DNA from: a virus
Lineage: Duplodnaviria > Caudoviricetes
Strand: one strand, 5' to 3'
DNA length: 25,922 bases
Virus record (IMG/VR): IMGVR_UViG_3300027533_000082
Location: 1-25,922 of that record
The position numbers were made by a program, and so were the translations under genes. Below are positions 8,050 to 16,093 of the stretch, piece after piece. Positions within the stretch are counted from its first letter, which is position 1. Each line of letters begins with the position of its first letter. The notes under the pieces were generated by a model. That model saw only the letters and a list, made by a program, of their open reading frames with translations, did no database searches and was not told where the DNA came from.

Positions 8050-8489
8050 TTATCGATGGCTTGTTACTCTTCTCCTCGGCCCAGAACCTTACGACCGGCA
8101 CCGAGGCGTCCACAAACATCGTGGACCTGAAAGACGCGAGGGATATCGGCCCCGGCGAACTGCCGCTGCGCATTGCGGCCTACGTCGTTACCGCCTTCGC
8201 AACGACCGACTCGGCCACTCTGACGATCCAAGCACAGGGATCGACGGACGCCTCGACATGGGTTGTCTACGCGCAGTCTCGCGCGTACACGGCAGCCGAA
8301 CTGACCGCCGGTGCCAAGCTCGCACCGATGGACTGGCCGAACGTAGCGGCGGGCGCTCTTCCCCGCTACATCCGGCTCGCGTATGTCCAAGGTGCGTTGC
8401 ACTTCACCCCCGGCTCGATCACTTCGATGCTCGTGATCGATCGGCAGGATGACCGTGCATACCCCGCTGGCATCAACATCTCGAACTAA
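8046..8489 (+). CDS. Capsid cement/decoration protein (Bbp16-like)
   Basis: MIIDGLLLFSSAQ..STNIVDL..RDIGPG..RYIRLAY beta-rich pattern; SD GGAG; follows the major capsid gene. Confidence 0.82.
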   Translation: MIIDGLLLFSSAQNLTTGTEASTNIVDLKDARDIGPGELPLRIAAYVVTAFATTDSATLTIQAQGSTDASTWVVYAQSRAYTAAELTAGAKLAPMDWPNVAAGALPRYIRLAYVQGALHFTPGSITSMLVIDRQDDRAYPAGINISN

Positions 8490-8495
8490 CCTAAC

Positions 8496-8525
8496 TGGGG
8501 GAGCGCAAATGCTCCCCCACCTTTT
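8496..8525 (+). terminator. Rho-independent terminator after the head genes (probably leaky)
   Basis: TGGGGGAGC-GCAAAT-GCTCCCCCA 9-bp stem followed by CCTTTT (short U tract), immediately before the next SD AGGAG. Confidence 0.7.
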
Positions 8526-8538
8526 CAGGAGTTCTGCC

Positions 8539-8907
8539 ATGCAGTTCCGTCTCGACGAGAATCACTACATCGACGACCGCTATCTCGAAGCGGGCACAGT
8601 CATCGGCGATGACACTCCCTACCCCTTCCGTTATCTGAAAGACACTCCGGTCAAGGATGAAACCGGCAAGCCGCAAGTGATCAAGTCCGGCACCGCCCAA
8701 ATCCCCTCGCGCGCGATGACGCCTCTCGACGACGAGGCGAAGAAGATGTATGATAAGGCCTTCCCCGGCGCGGTCAAGCTCGACCGTGATCCAACAGTCC
8801 CGGTGCCAGTGATGGGCAGCACGAAGCAGACAAACTTCACCCCTGCCAATGGACCACCCAAGGCTAAGCCCGACATTCCTGTCGGTTCCCCTCTGACGAA
8901 GGACTGA
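8539..8907 (+). CDS. Hypothetical phage protein (MQFRLDENHYIDDRYLEAGTVIG...)
   Basis: SD AGGAG at 8527-8531 supports ATG 8539. The longer ORF-track start (8449) would run through the cement gene and terminator. Confidence 0.75.
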   Translation: MQFRLDENHYIDDRYLEAGTVIGDDTPYPFRYLKDTPVKDETGKPQVIKSGTAQIPSRAMTPLDDEAKKMYDKAFPGAVKLDRDPTVPVPVMGSTKQTNFTPANGPPKAKPDIPVGSPLTKD

Positions 8908-8911
8908 TACG

Positions 8912-9466
8912 ATGTGGATGAATAGACTCTTTCTGGCGCTCGGTCTTGTACTGGTCGCCACGATAGCTGCTTCGCAGAACCTCCCACAGCCGGGACCACC
9001 TACCCCGATTGCGGGAGCGTTCAATCCGACCCCACCGACACTGACCAACGGCCAAGCCGGATGGGCTCAGGTTGACGCCAATGGCTACTTGATTGTAAAA
9101 GCGGCCCTTGGTAGTCAATACCCACTTGGCGCGGTTATCTACACTAACTCCGCGACCGGCACTACCGGCGCTACCGTGGCCACACTGGCCGGTGCGGCAT
9201 CAGTCACCACCTATATCTGCGGCTTCGCTATCCGTGCGAACGCCACGGCTGCGGCGACTGGCAACGCAGTTGTCTCCGGGACAATCTCGGGGTCGATGAA
9301 CTTCACTCAGTGGACGGCCCCGCTGGCCTCTGGCATTGGCACAATCGAAAAAGACTTCTTTCCGTGTATCCCGGCTTCAGCCGTGAACACTTCTATCGTT
9401 GTGACCTCTGCTGCTCCCGGCTCGGGCGGTGTGATCTCTGTCTCTGCTTGGGGCTATAAGTTGTAA
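8912..9466 (+). CDS. Hypothetical Thr/Ala/Gly-rich beta protein with an N-terminal signal-peptide-like segment
   Basis: MWMNR-LFLALGLVLVATIAA-SQ, Pro linker, FNPTPPTLTNGQ..QVDANG motif, beta-rich C-terminal domain ending WGYKL. Confidence 0.8.
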   Translation: MWMNRLFLALGLVLVATIAASQNLPQPGPPTPIAGAFNPTPPTLTNGQAGWAQVDANGYLIVKAALGSQYPLGAVIYTNSATGTTGATVATLAGAASVTTYICGFAIRANATAAATGNAVVSGTISGSMNFTQWTAPLASGIGTIEKDFFPCIPASAVNTSIVVTSAAPGSGGVISVSAWGYKL

Positions 9467-9467
9467 C

Positions 9468-11459
9468 ATGGCACTCCCGGCCCTTCTTCCAGGTGTTGAC
9501 ACCGTTACGTCAACAACGGAGTTTGAACCATCTGGTGATGGGCCGTGGAGTATTGTCGTTGCGTTGGACGGCGACCTTCACGAGCCGTTCTTCCCTGTCG
9601 GTGGGTCTGCGTTTATCGCTTGGCAGAAAGACAACAGCAATGTTTGGATTTTTGTTAAGATCAACGGATGGGACCCTGACACGCTGACGCTGAGCTTCAG
9701 CAAAGTTCTTTCCTCGGTCACTCCCACGACGACCACAGGCCCATACTCCGAATGGTTCGTGAGCGTGATCGACGGCCCACCTGAGGGCTTTCCGTTCCTC
9801 GGTATTATTGGGCTTCGCATTTCAATCGCCTCAGGCGCTAATGATTTCACAGTTAGTGCGGGCTCGATCCGCGACTCCACAGACACGGTGAACCTCACTC
9901 TTGATAGCGAGACAACAAAGTTCATCTCGAACGAGTGGTCTGCTGGGGATGGTGGCGGGGCTATTATTCGTTCAACTGATTTGCCTCTCGCCTTCGGCGG
10001 TGGTGGAACTATCTCAAGTTCCGGTGCTACTGTTGTTGGTGTTGGTACTAGGTTCCGCGACGACTTCGACGCGCGCTCCGCTATCCCTGACAAGAAGGGT
10101 GGATGGCTTAGAGACTTCACTCGGCAAGTTGCTGGGAGTGACACCTTTATTGGCAGTGTCTACTTCACCCCCGCGATCATCTCTTCCGGCGGGATCGATA
10201 CAACTGTCGTAGATGGATCAGTCACTAGTCAATCCGATCTAAGCACAACCGTCAACCTTGGCGTGACAGACGCGACTTATCGCCGGGGTGGTATCTGCGA
10301 TTGCACCTACGCTGTCGTTCTGATGCTGGCTGACGCTACTGGCGTCTGTGACGTTGGGGTTTCCTCCTTCACTGGTGATGGCGATGCTCCAGACCTACCT
10401 GTCGGTTACACCTACTGGCGCGTTCTCGGCGCACTGACAAAGACCGGGGCAGACCGGATCGTTTACCAACCTCTCTACGATCTGCTTGCAGACCCGAGCA
10501 AGCTCAACGCCCCGGACCCGTGGACTGTTGCTATCGGAGATATGTACTACGCGGCAGACACGGATAAGGCTAACGCGGCCCTGCCGATTGGTGACGAGGC
10601 CGATGTTCTCACAGTTGCCTCAGGACTTCCTGTATGGCTTCCACCGACGAGTGGTGGCGGGGTTGATGTTCAGACCTTTACCGGAAGCGGTACTTGGAAC
10701 AAGCCATCCTCTGGCACAGTCGCGCTGATTCGCTGTTGGGGCGGTGGGGCCTCAGGTGGTAAGGGAAGCTCGAGCCAGCCCGGATCAGGCGGTGGTGGTG
10801 CAGCTTGCAATCAACAGATTATCCCGTTGGCATTGCTTGGTTCAAGCGAGAGCGTGACTATTGGCGCGGGTGGCACTGGTCAGACAGTGGCTGACACAGC
10901 CGGAAATCCCGGTGGCACAACTACCTTCGGCGCTTTTGTAGCTGCTTATGGCGGTGGTGCTGGCAATCGCGGTGGCACAGGTGCTGGTGGTGGTGGCGGC
11001 GGTGGTACTGGCGGTGTTGGTCAGATCGGGACTACTGGCGGTGGCGCTGGGCCGTTTGCGGGTGGCGCTGGTGGTTTCGGCTATGCCGCTCCTCAACCCA
11101 GTACTGAAGGTGGTGGTGGTACAGGCGGCATTGGCGGTGCCACTACCGATGCGACTGCTGGCAGAACTGGTGGGTTGAACGGCGGTGGCGGTGGTGGTGG
11201 AGGCATGGACGGCGCGGGTGTAGCTGCACAGGTTAAAGGTGGCGATGGTTATTGGGGAGGCGGAGGCGGTGGTGGTGGTGCCAACTCCGTCACAGGCGGC
11301 AGCGGTGGACTGTCACAGTTTGGTGGTGCTGGCTCTGCTGGTACAATCGACACTAACGCAAGCTCGAATGGCTCTGTCCCCGGTGGCGGATCAGGCGGAA
11401 CGGAAGGCGGTAACTCTGGTAATGGCGGCGCGGGCAAGTGCATCGTGTATGTTTGGTGA
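9468..11459 (+). CDS. Modular fibre/spike-like protein with a C-terminal glycine-rich domain
   Basis: 663 aa; fibre-type modules (DSTDT..WSAG..PVGYTYWR; GDMYYA..LPIG..VLTVASGLPVW) and a Gly-rich domain from QTFTGSGTWNKP..CWGGGASGG to GGAGKCIVYVW. Confidence 0.75.
   Translation: MALPALLPGVDTVTSTTEFEPSGDGPWSIVVALDGDLHEPFFPVGGSAFIAWQKDNSNVWIFVKINGWDPDTLTLSFSKVLSSVTPTTTTGPYSEWFVSVIDGPPEGFPFLGIIGLRISIASGANDFTVSAGSIRDSTDTVNLTLDSETTKFISNEWSAGDGGGAIIRSTDLPLAFGGGGTISSSGATVVGVGTRFRDDFDARSAIPDKKGGWLRDFTRQVAGSDTFIGSVYFTPAIISSGGIDTTVVDGSVTSQSDLSTTVNLGVTDATYRRGGICDCTYAVVLMLADATGVCDVGVSSFTGDGDAPDLPVGYTYWRVLGALTKTGADRIVYQPLYDLLADPSKLNAPDPWTVAIGDMYYAADTDKANAALPIGDEADVLTVASGLPVWLPPTSGGGVDVQTFTGSGTWNKPSSGTVALIRCWGGGASGGKGSSSQPGSGGGGAACNQQIIPLALLGSSESVTIGAGGTGQTVADTAGNPGGTTTFGAFVAAYGGGAGNRGGTGAGGGGGGGTGGVGQIGTTGGGAGPFAGGAGGFGYAAPQPSTEGGGGTGGIGGATTDATAGRTGGLNGGGGGGGGMDGAGVAAQVKGGDGYWGGGGGGGGANSVTGGSGGLSQFGGAGSAGTIDTNASSNGSVPGGGSGGTEGGNSGNGGAGKCIVYVW
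10735..11435 (+). repeat. Low-complexity GGT/GGC glycine-codon runs
   Basis: Many (GGT/GGC)n tracts encoding GGGGGGG segments. Confidence 0.8.
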
Positions 11460-11464
11460 GATAG

Positions 11465-11806
11465 ATGGCTAAGTACGTTCTGAAACAGGGCAACGTAATA
11501 GTGAATGTCATCGAAATCGAGGACGTTAACGATTACACTGTACCTCTCGGCCATACCATCGAACTCGAGGGCGCGGTCACCTACAACCCTCCACCCACAC
11601 CGGAACAGGTGGCGGATTCCGCGCAGCTTGCTTCGTTCATGGCAGACCCTCAGGTGATAACATTCTACAAGAACCTAAAGGTAGCAGACCTCAACGGTCT
11701 GGTCACCTACATGACGAACAACGTCACTGACTTGGCTTCTGCCCGCTCGATGATGATTCGAATATCCGCTGTGCTTTCAGTGATCCTGAAGCGCGGCAAC
11801 ATATGA
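11465..11806 (+). CDS. Hypothetical protein, possible fibre chaperone/accessory
   Basis: 113 aa directly after the Gly-rich fibre; MAKYVLKQGNVIVNVIE start resembles small genes that follow such fibres. Confidence 0.65.
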   Translation: MAKYVLKQGNVIVNVIEIEDVNDYTVPLGHTIELEGAVTYNPPPTPEQVADSAQLASFMADPQVITFYKNLKVADLNGLVTYMTNNVTDLASARSMMIRISAVLSVILKRGNI

Positions 11807-11815
11807 GGACATGAT

Positions 11816-12595
11816 ATGTCAAGCGACACCGATATCGCCAACGAAGCCCTCGTCATGGTGGGCTCCCGCGAGAGCATCGCGTCTCTCGACGAGGAGAGCA
11901 ACGAGGCGAGAACCTGCAAACGGTTCTACTCAGGCACTCGTGACGAAGTCTTGCAGATGGCCCATTGGGGCTTCGCTAAAAAGACGGCGATCTTAGCGGT
12001 CTTAAAAACCGCTCCGGGAACGCCGGGGAACACGGAAAGTCCCTCCACGTGGTCCTCGGCGTACCCCGCACCGCCTTGGCTTTTCGAGTATGCCTATCCG
12101 GTGGACTGCTTGCAGGTTCGCTGCATCGTGCCGCAGATCGAAACCGGCTGGACTGGTGACGTTCCGCTGTTCTCGAACTCACAGGGAATGTACCCATACG
12201 TCCTCGGCCCCACCGCGCGGTTCGAGGTTGCCTTCGACGCTACTGATAGCGGCGGTGAGCGGAAGGTGATTCTGACGAACCAGTACCAAGCCATCGGTGT
12301 GTACACTCGCGCGGTCACGAACCCGCAGATATTCTCCCCCCTATTCTCCACCGCGCTTTCAGCGGCCCTCGCCGCGAAGATCACGATGGGGTTGACAGGG
12401 GACAAAGACCTGATGAAGGCTAACTACGCCTTGGCCAATCAGTCTATCGTGCAGGGCCGCGCCCTCGACAGCAACCAAGGGGTTGAGGTTATCGAGCAAC
12501 AGGCTGAGTGGATTCTGGCCCGAGACAACTATCTCCCTGTCGTCTCCGGTCCGTTCCTCGCGCCGTATCTTCCGCTCTACGGGATGGGTGTGTAA
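11816..12595 (+). CDS. Tail adaptor / tail tubular protein A (T7 gp11-like)
   Basis: DIANEAL..IASLDEESNEARTC..HWGFA..WLFEYAYPVDCL..F..ALSAALAAKI; SD GAGGA. Confidence 0.82.
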   Translation: MSSDTDIANEALVMVGSRESIASLDEESNEARTCKRFYSGTRDEVLQMAHWGFAKKTAILAVLKTAPGTPGNTESPSTWSSAYPAPPWLFEYAYPVDCLQVRCIVPQIETGWTGDVPLFSNSQGMYPYVLGPTARFEVAFDATDSGGERKVILTNQYQAIGVYTRAVTNPQIFSPLFSTALSAALAAKITMGLTGDKDLMKANYALANQSIVQGRALDSNQGVEVIEQQAEWILARDNYLPVVSGPFLAPYLPLYGMGV

Positions 12596-15159
12596 TGTCT
12601 ACGAATTTCTTCCAGCCCGCGTTATCGTCTGGAGAGTTGTCCACGCAACTCTTCGGTCGGGTCGATCTGGAGAGGTATCACTCCGGCGTCGCCCTGATGC
12701 GGAACTTCTACGTTGACTACCGTGGCGGAGCCTCCACCCGCATGGGCACGGAGTATATCAACGAAACTGGGAACATGGACTTCCCCGGTCGGCTGATTAA
12801 GTTCCGGTTCAACGACGATCAGAACTACGTGCTGGAGTTTGGCGAGGGCTATATCCGTGTGCTCCGAGACGGAGGTATGGTCATTGCGAACTCGATGGTG
12901 ATTACCAACATCACTCAGGGCAACCCCGCGATAGTGACCTCGTCGCACAATCAGACCATCGGTGGCGATAACGTGTATATCTCTGGCGTGGCCGGGATGA
13001 CGCAGGTTAACGGGCGGGTGTTCCAAGTGGAACCCATCGACGTTAACACCTTCTATCTCAAGACTACTTCCGGCGCGAACGTGGACTCGACCGCGTACAC
13101 CGCATATACCTCCGGTGGCATTGGCGAGCGGTATGTTCGGATCGGCGCACCCTATCTAGCCGAGGACCTGCCACTGCTAAAGTACACCCAGTCCGGGGAC
13201 ATTATGACCCTGACCCACCCGGACTACCTCCCATACGACCTGAAGCGCTACGCCGAAGATGATTGGCGGCTGGAACTCATCGTCATCGGCACTGACATTG
13301 ATCCGCCCACAGGTGTCACTGGAACGAAGTCCGGCAACGGCAAGACCGCATACTCTTACGTCGTCACCGCGATCAGTGAGAGCGGTCAAGAGTCCATCGC
13401 ATCGTCATCTGCCTTGGTTACACAGGCTGGTAACTGGGCAGCCAATCAAGGGCATAATGCCATTAACTGGGAACCTGTCGTGGGAGCGACTCGCTACCGT
13501 GTATACAAAGCCGATCCGGTATCCGGGAAAGATGTGGACATTCCTCTTGGGAGCCTTCATGGCTACATGGGAGAGACAACGGGTACGGAACTCGATGACA
13601 CGAATATCCTTCCGGACTTCGAGCGGACACCGCCAGAGCATGATAACCCGTTCGAGGACGGAAATAACCCTGCCTGTGCGGCGTACTTCCAGCAGAGGAA
13701 AGTATACGCAGGTGGGAACGACCTACCTGAAACCTTCTGGATGAGTGTGACCGGGGCGTTTGATAACTTCGACGCCTCGATCCCATCCAAGGATGACGAC
13801 GCTATCGAGGGCACACTCGCCTCCCGCGAGATCAACGCGATTAAGCAGATGGTCCCGATGCCCGGAGGCCTGATCATGTTCACTTCCGGTTCAGCCTTCC
13901 AAGTCTCAGCAGGGCAGCAAAATGACGCGGTCACACCTTCGGCGCTGGTCGCCACTCCACAGGGATACAACGGCGCGGCTGACATTGAACCAATCCCGAT
14001 TGACTACAACATTCTTTACGTTCAGTCTCGGGGTTCTATCGTCAGAGCGCTGTCATATAACTTTTACACGAACATTTATTCGGGAGTGGACCTCTCAATC
14101 TTCTCGAACCATTTCTTCGTAGACTATCAAATCCTTGATTGGACCTACGCGGAGGAGCCGCACAAGATTGTTTGGGCGATCCGCAGCGACGGAAGGTTGC
14201 TCTCGCTGACGTATCTTGCGGAACAGAAGATATCTGGATGGGCCTTGCATAGCACTAAAGGTCTGTACGAGTCCTGCTGTGCAATCCAAGAGGACGAACA
14301 GAATGTCACCTACTTCATCGTCAAGCGCTACATTGATGGCAGATGGGTCCGCTACATCGAGCGGATGGCCGAACGTATATTCCCCTATGGAAGTGAGGAT
14401 GCTTGGTGTGTCGATGCTGGCCTCGAGCGTGTACTTACTACGCCTGATGCCACTGTCACCGCCTCGGCCTCGACCGGCACAGTCACGTTTACAGCCGACT
14501 CGGCGGTATTCACCGCTGGTGATGTTGACAAAGTCCTACGAATGGGAGGCGGGATCGCGACGATCACTGGGTTTACCTCATCTACTGTGCTAACTGGCAC
14601 CTTCACGCGGGACATGACTCATGTTATTCCAGAGGACCCTGCCAACACCCCGATCGAGTCGGAGAGTGGAACGTGGACTCTTGACGCGAAAGTGAGCAGC
14701 GTCTCCGGTGCCGATCATCTGGAAGGTGAAACCGTTTCCGCACTGATCGACGGTAACACCGCAATGGGCTTGGAGGTAATCGATGGCGAAGTCGCTCTCC
14801 CCTTCGAGGGGACCAAAGTCATTATCGGTCTACCATACAAATGTCAACTGCAAAGTCTTCCGCTGGACACTGGAGAGCCCGCCATCGGCGGCAAGCGGAA
14901 GCGCATCAATGCACTCACTATCCGCGCGAGTGAGTCCAGAGGACTTCAAGTTGGAATGGACTTCGATAACATGGTCCAGTTCAAAGAACGGAACTTCCAA
15001 GCCCTCGGCCAACCGATTGAGCTAATCAACGGTGACATGAGGATTGTGATGAACCCGAACTGGACAGTGACGGGGCAGTACTGCGTTGAGCAAGCCTACC
15101 CGCTTCCGGCCACCGTCCTCGCGTTCATTCCGGAGATTACTGTGGGGGATACGAAATGA
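12595..15159 (+). CDS. Tail nozzle / tail tubular protein B (T7 gp12-like) with inserted domains
   Basis: SSGELS..LFGRVDLERY..RNF..RGGASTRMGT, YVLEFGEGYIR, YTQSGD, YFQQR, DGRLLSLTY..QKISGW, DHLEGETV, IGLPY. ATG 12595 via TAATG overlap. Confidence 0.88.
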   Translation: MSTNFFQPALSSGELSTQLFGRVDLERYHSGVALMRNFYVDYRGGASTRMGTEYINETGNMDFPGRLIKFRFNDDQNYVLEFGEGYIRVLRDGGMVIANSMVITNITQGNPAIVTSSHNQTIGGDNVYISGVAGMTQVNGRVFQVEPIDVNTFYLKTTSGANVDSTAYTAYTSGGIGERYVRIGAPYLAEDLPLLKYTQSGDIMTLTHPDYLPYDLKRYAEDDWRLELIVIGTDIDPPTGVTGTKSGNGKTAYSYVVTAISESGQESIASSSALVTQAGNWAANQGHNAINWEPVVGATRYRVYKADPVSGKDVDIPLGSLHGYMGETTGTELDDTNILPDFERTPPEHDNPFEDGNNPACAAYFQQRKVYAGGNDLPETFWMSVTGAFDNFDASIPSKDDDAIEGTLASREINAIKQMVPMPGGLIMFTSGSAFQVSAGQQNDAVTPSALVATPQGYNGAADIEPIPIDYNILYVQSRGSIVRALSYNFYTNIYSGVDLSIFSNHFFVDYQILDWTYAEEPHKIVWAIRSDGRLLSLTYLAEQKISGWALHSTKGLYESCCAIQEDEQNVTYFIVKRYIDGRWVRYIERMAERIFPYGSEDAWCVDAGLERVLTTPDATVTASASTGTVTFTADSAVFTAGDVDKVLRMGGGIATITGFTSSTVLTGTFTRDMTHVIPEDPANTPIESESGTWTLDAKVSSVSGADHLEGETVSALIDGNTAMGLEVIDGEVALPFEGTKVIIGLPYKCQLQSLPLDTGEPAIGGKRKRINALTIRASESRGLQVGMDFDNMVQFKERNFQALGQPIELINGDMRIVMNPNWTVTGQYCVEQAYPLPATVLAFIPEITVGDTK

Positions 15160-15587
15160 AGCATATCATGGTGAGGCCAGCCACCTTGGCTGATGTTAAG
15201 CCGACTATTGATAAGATCAGTGGGACACGGGAAATCCGTGGCGATCCTGAGAAGGTTCTCTCCGATGCCTTGAAGAAGGCCGACTGGGCTTGGGTCGGCA
15301 CGGCCAACGGAGAGATAGGCTGCGTGTGGGGTCTGCAATACACCAACATCTTGTTGGGTCATGTCTACATCTGGGTGCTAACCACCAAGGTGGCTGAAGA
15401 ACACCAGTTCCGTTTCGTGCGCGGGAGCAGGCTTTTCGTGGATCAGTTAAAAACCCGCTTCCCGTATATCTGCGGTTGGGTAGATGCGAGGAACCCGAAG
15501 TCGGTTGTTTGGATTAAATGGCTTGGATTTGAACTTGGGCCTGTGACCGATAAAAAGGTCAGGCCCTTCTGGATCGGTGAGCGCTAA
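15156..15587 (+). CDS. T7 gp13-like / GNAT-fold protein
   Basis: VRPATLAD start, GCVWG, YIWVLT, GWVDARNPKSVVWIKWLGF; sits between the nozzle and the ejection proteins. Confidence 0.72.
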   Translation: MKHIMVRPATLADVKPTIDKISGTREIRGDPEKVLSDALKKADWAWVGTANGEIGCVWGLQYTNILLGHVYIWVLTTKVAEEHQFRFVRGSRLFVDQLKTRFPYICGWVDARNPKSVVWIKWLGFELGPVTDKKVRPFWIGER

Positions 15588-16093
15588 TGGACCCATTTAC
15601 CTTAATCGGTGTTGCGCTTAGTGCGGGTGGCCAATTCATGGCTGGCACCCAACAGGCCCAACAGGCAAGCTACCAAGCACAGGTCGCTCGGCAAAACGCG
15701 AAGATCGCGAAGATGAACGCGAGCACTGCGTTGCAGACCGGGCTCGACAATGCGAGGACCAAGGGCCTCGAGACGAGGGACTTGATCGGCAAGGAGAAGG
15801 CCGCGCAGGGTGCCTCCGGGATTGACGTAACCTCCGGTTCGTCGAAGATGGTCAGGGACAGTACGTATGTACTGGGCAAGATGGACGAAATGACTATCAT
15901 GAAGGGGGCCGCTCAGAAGGGCGATGCCTACATGGCACAGGCCATGAACTATCAGGCCGAGGCCGGACTGTACGATATGAAGGCCGATGCGGCTGAAACG
16001 GCAAGAAACTTCGCAGTAGCGAGCACGCTTGTTGGGGGCGCTCAGAGCCTTTCCCAAAAGTGGGGTAGCTATCAAAGTGTAGGAATGGCATAA
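15587..16093 (+). CDS. Internal virion (ejection) protein, T7 gp14-like
   Basis: MDPFTLIGVALSAGG hydrophobic start, Ala/Gln-rich helices, GASGIDVTSGS motif. Confidence 0.8.
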   Translation: MDPFTLIGVALSAGGQFMAGTQQAQQASYQAQVARQNAKIAKMNASTALQTGLDNARTKGLETRDLIGKEKAAQGASGIDVTSGSSKMVRDSTYVLGKMDEMTIMKGAAQKGDAYMAQAMNYQAEAGLYDMKADAAETARNFAVASTLVGGAQSLSQKWGSYQSVGMA

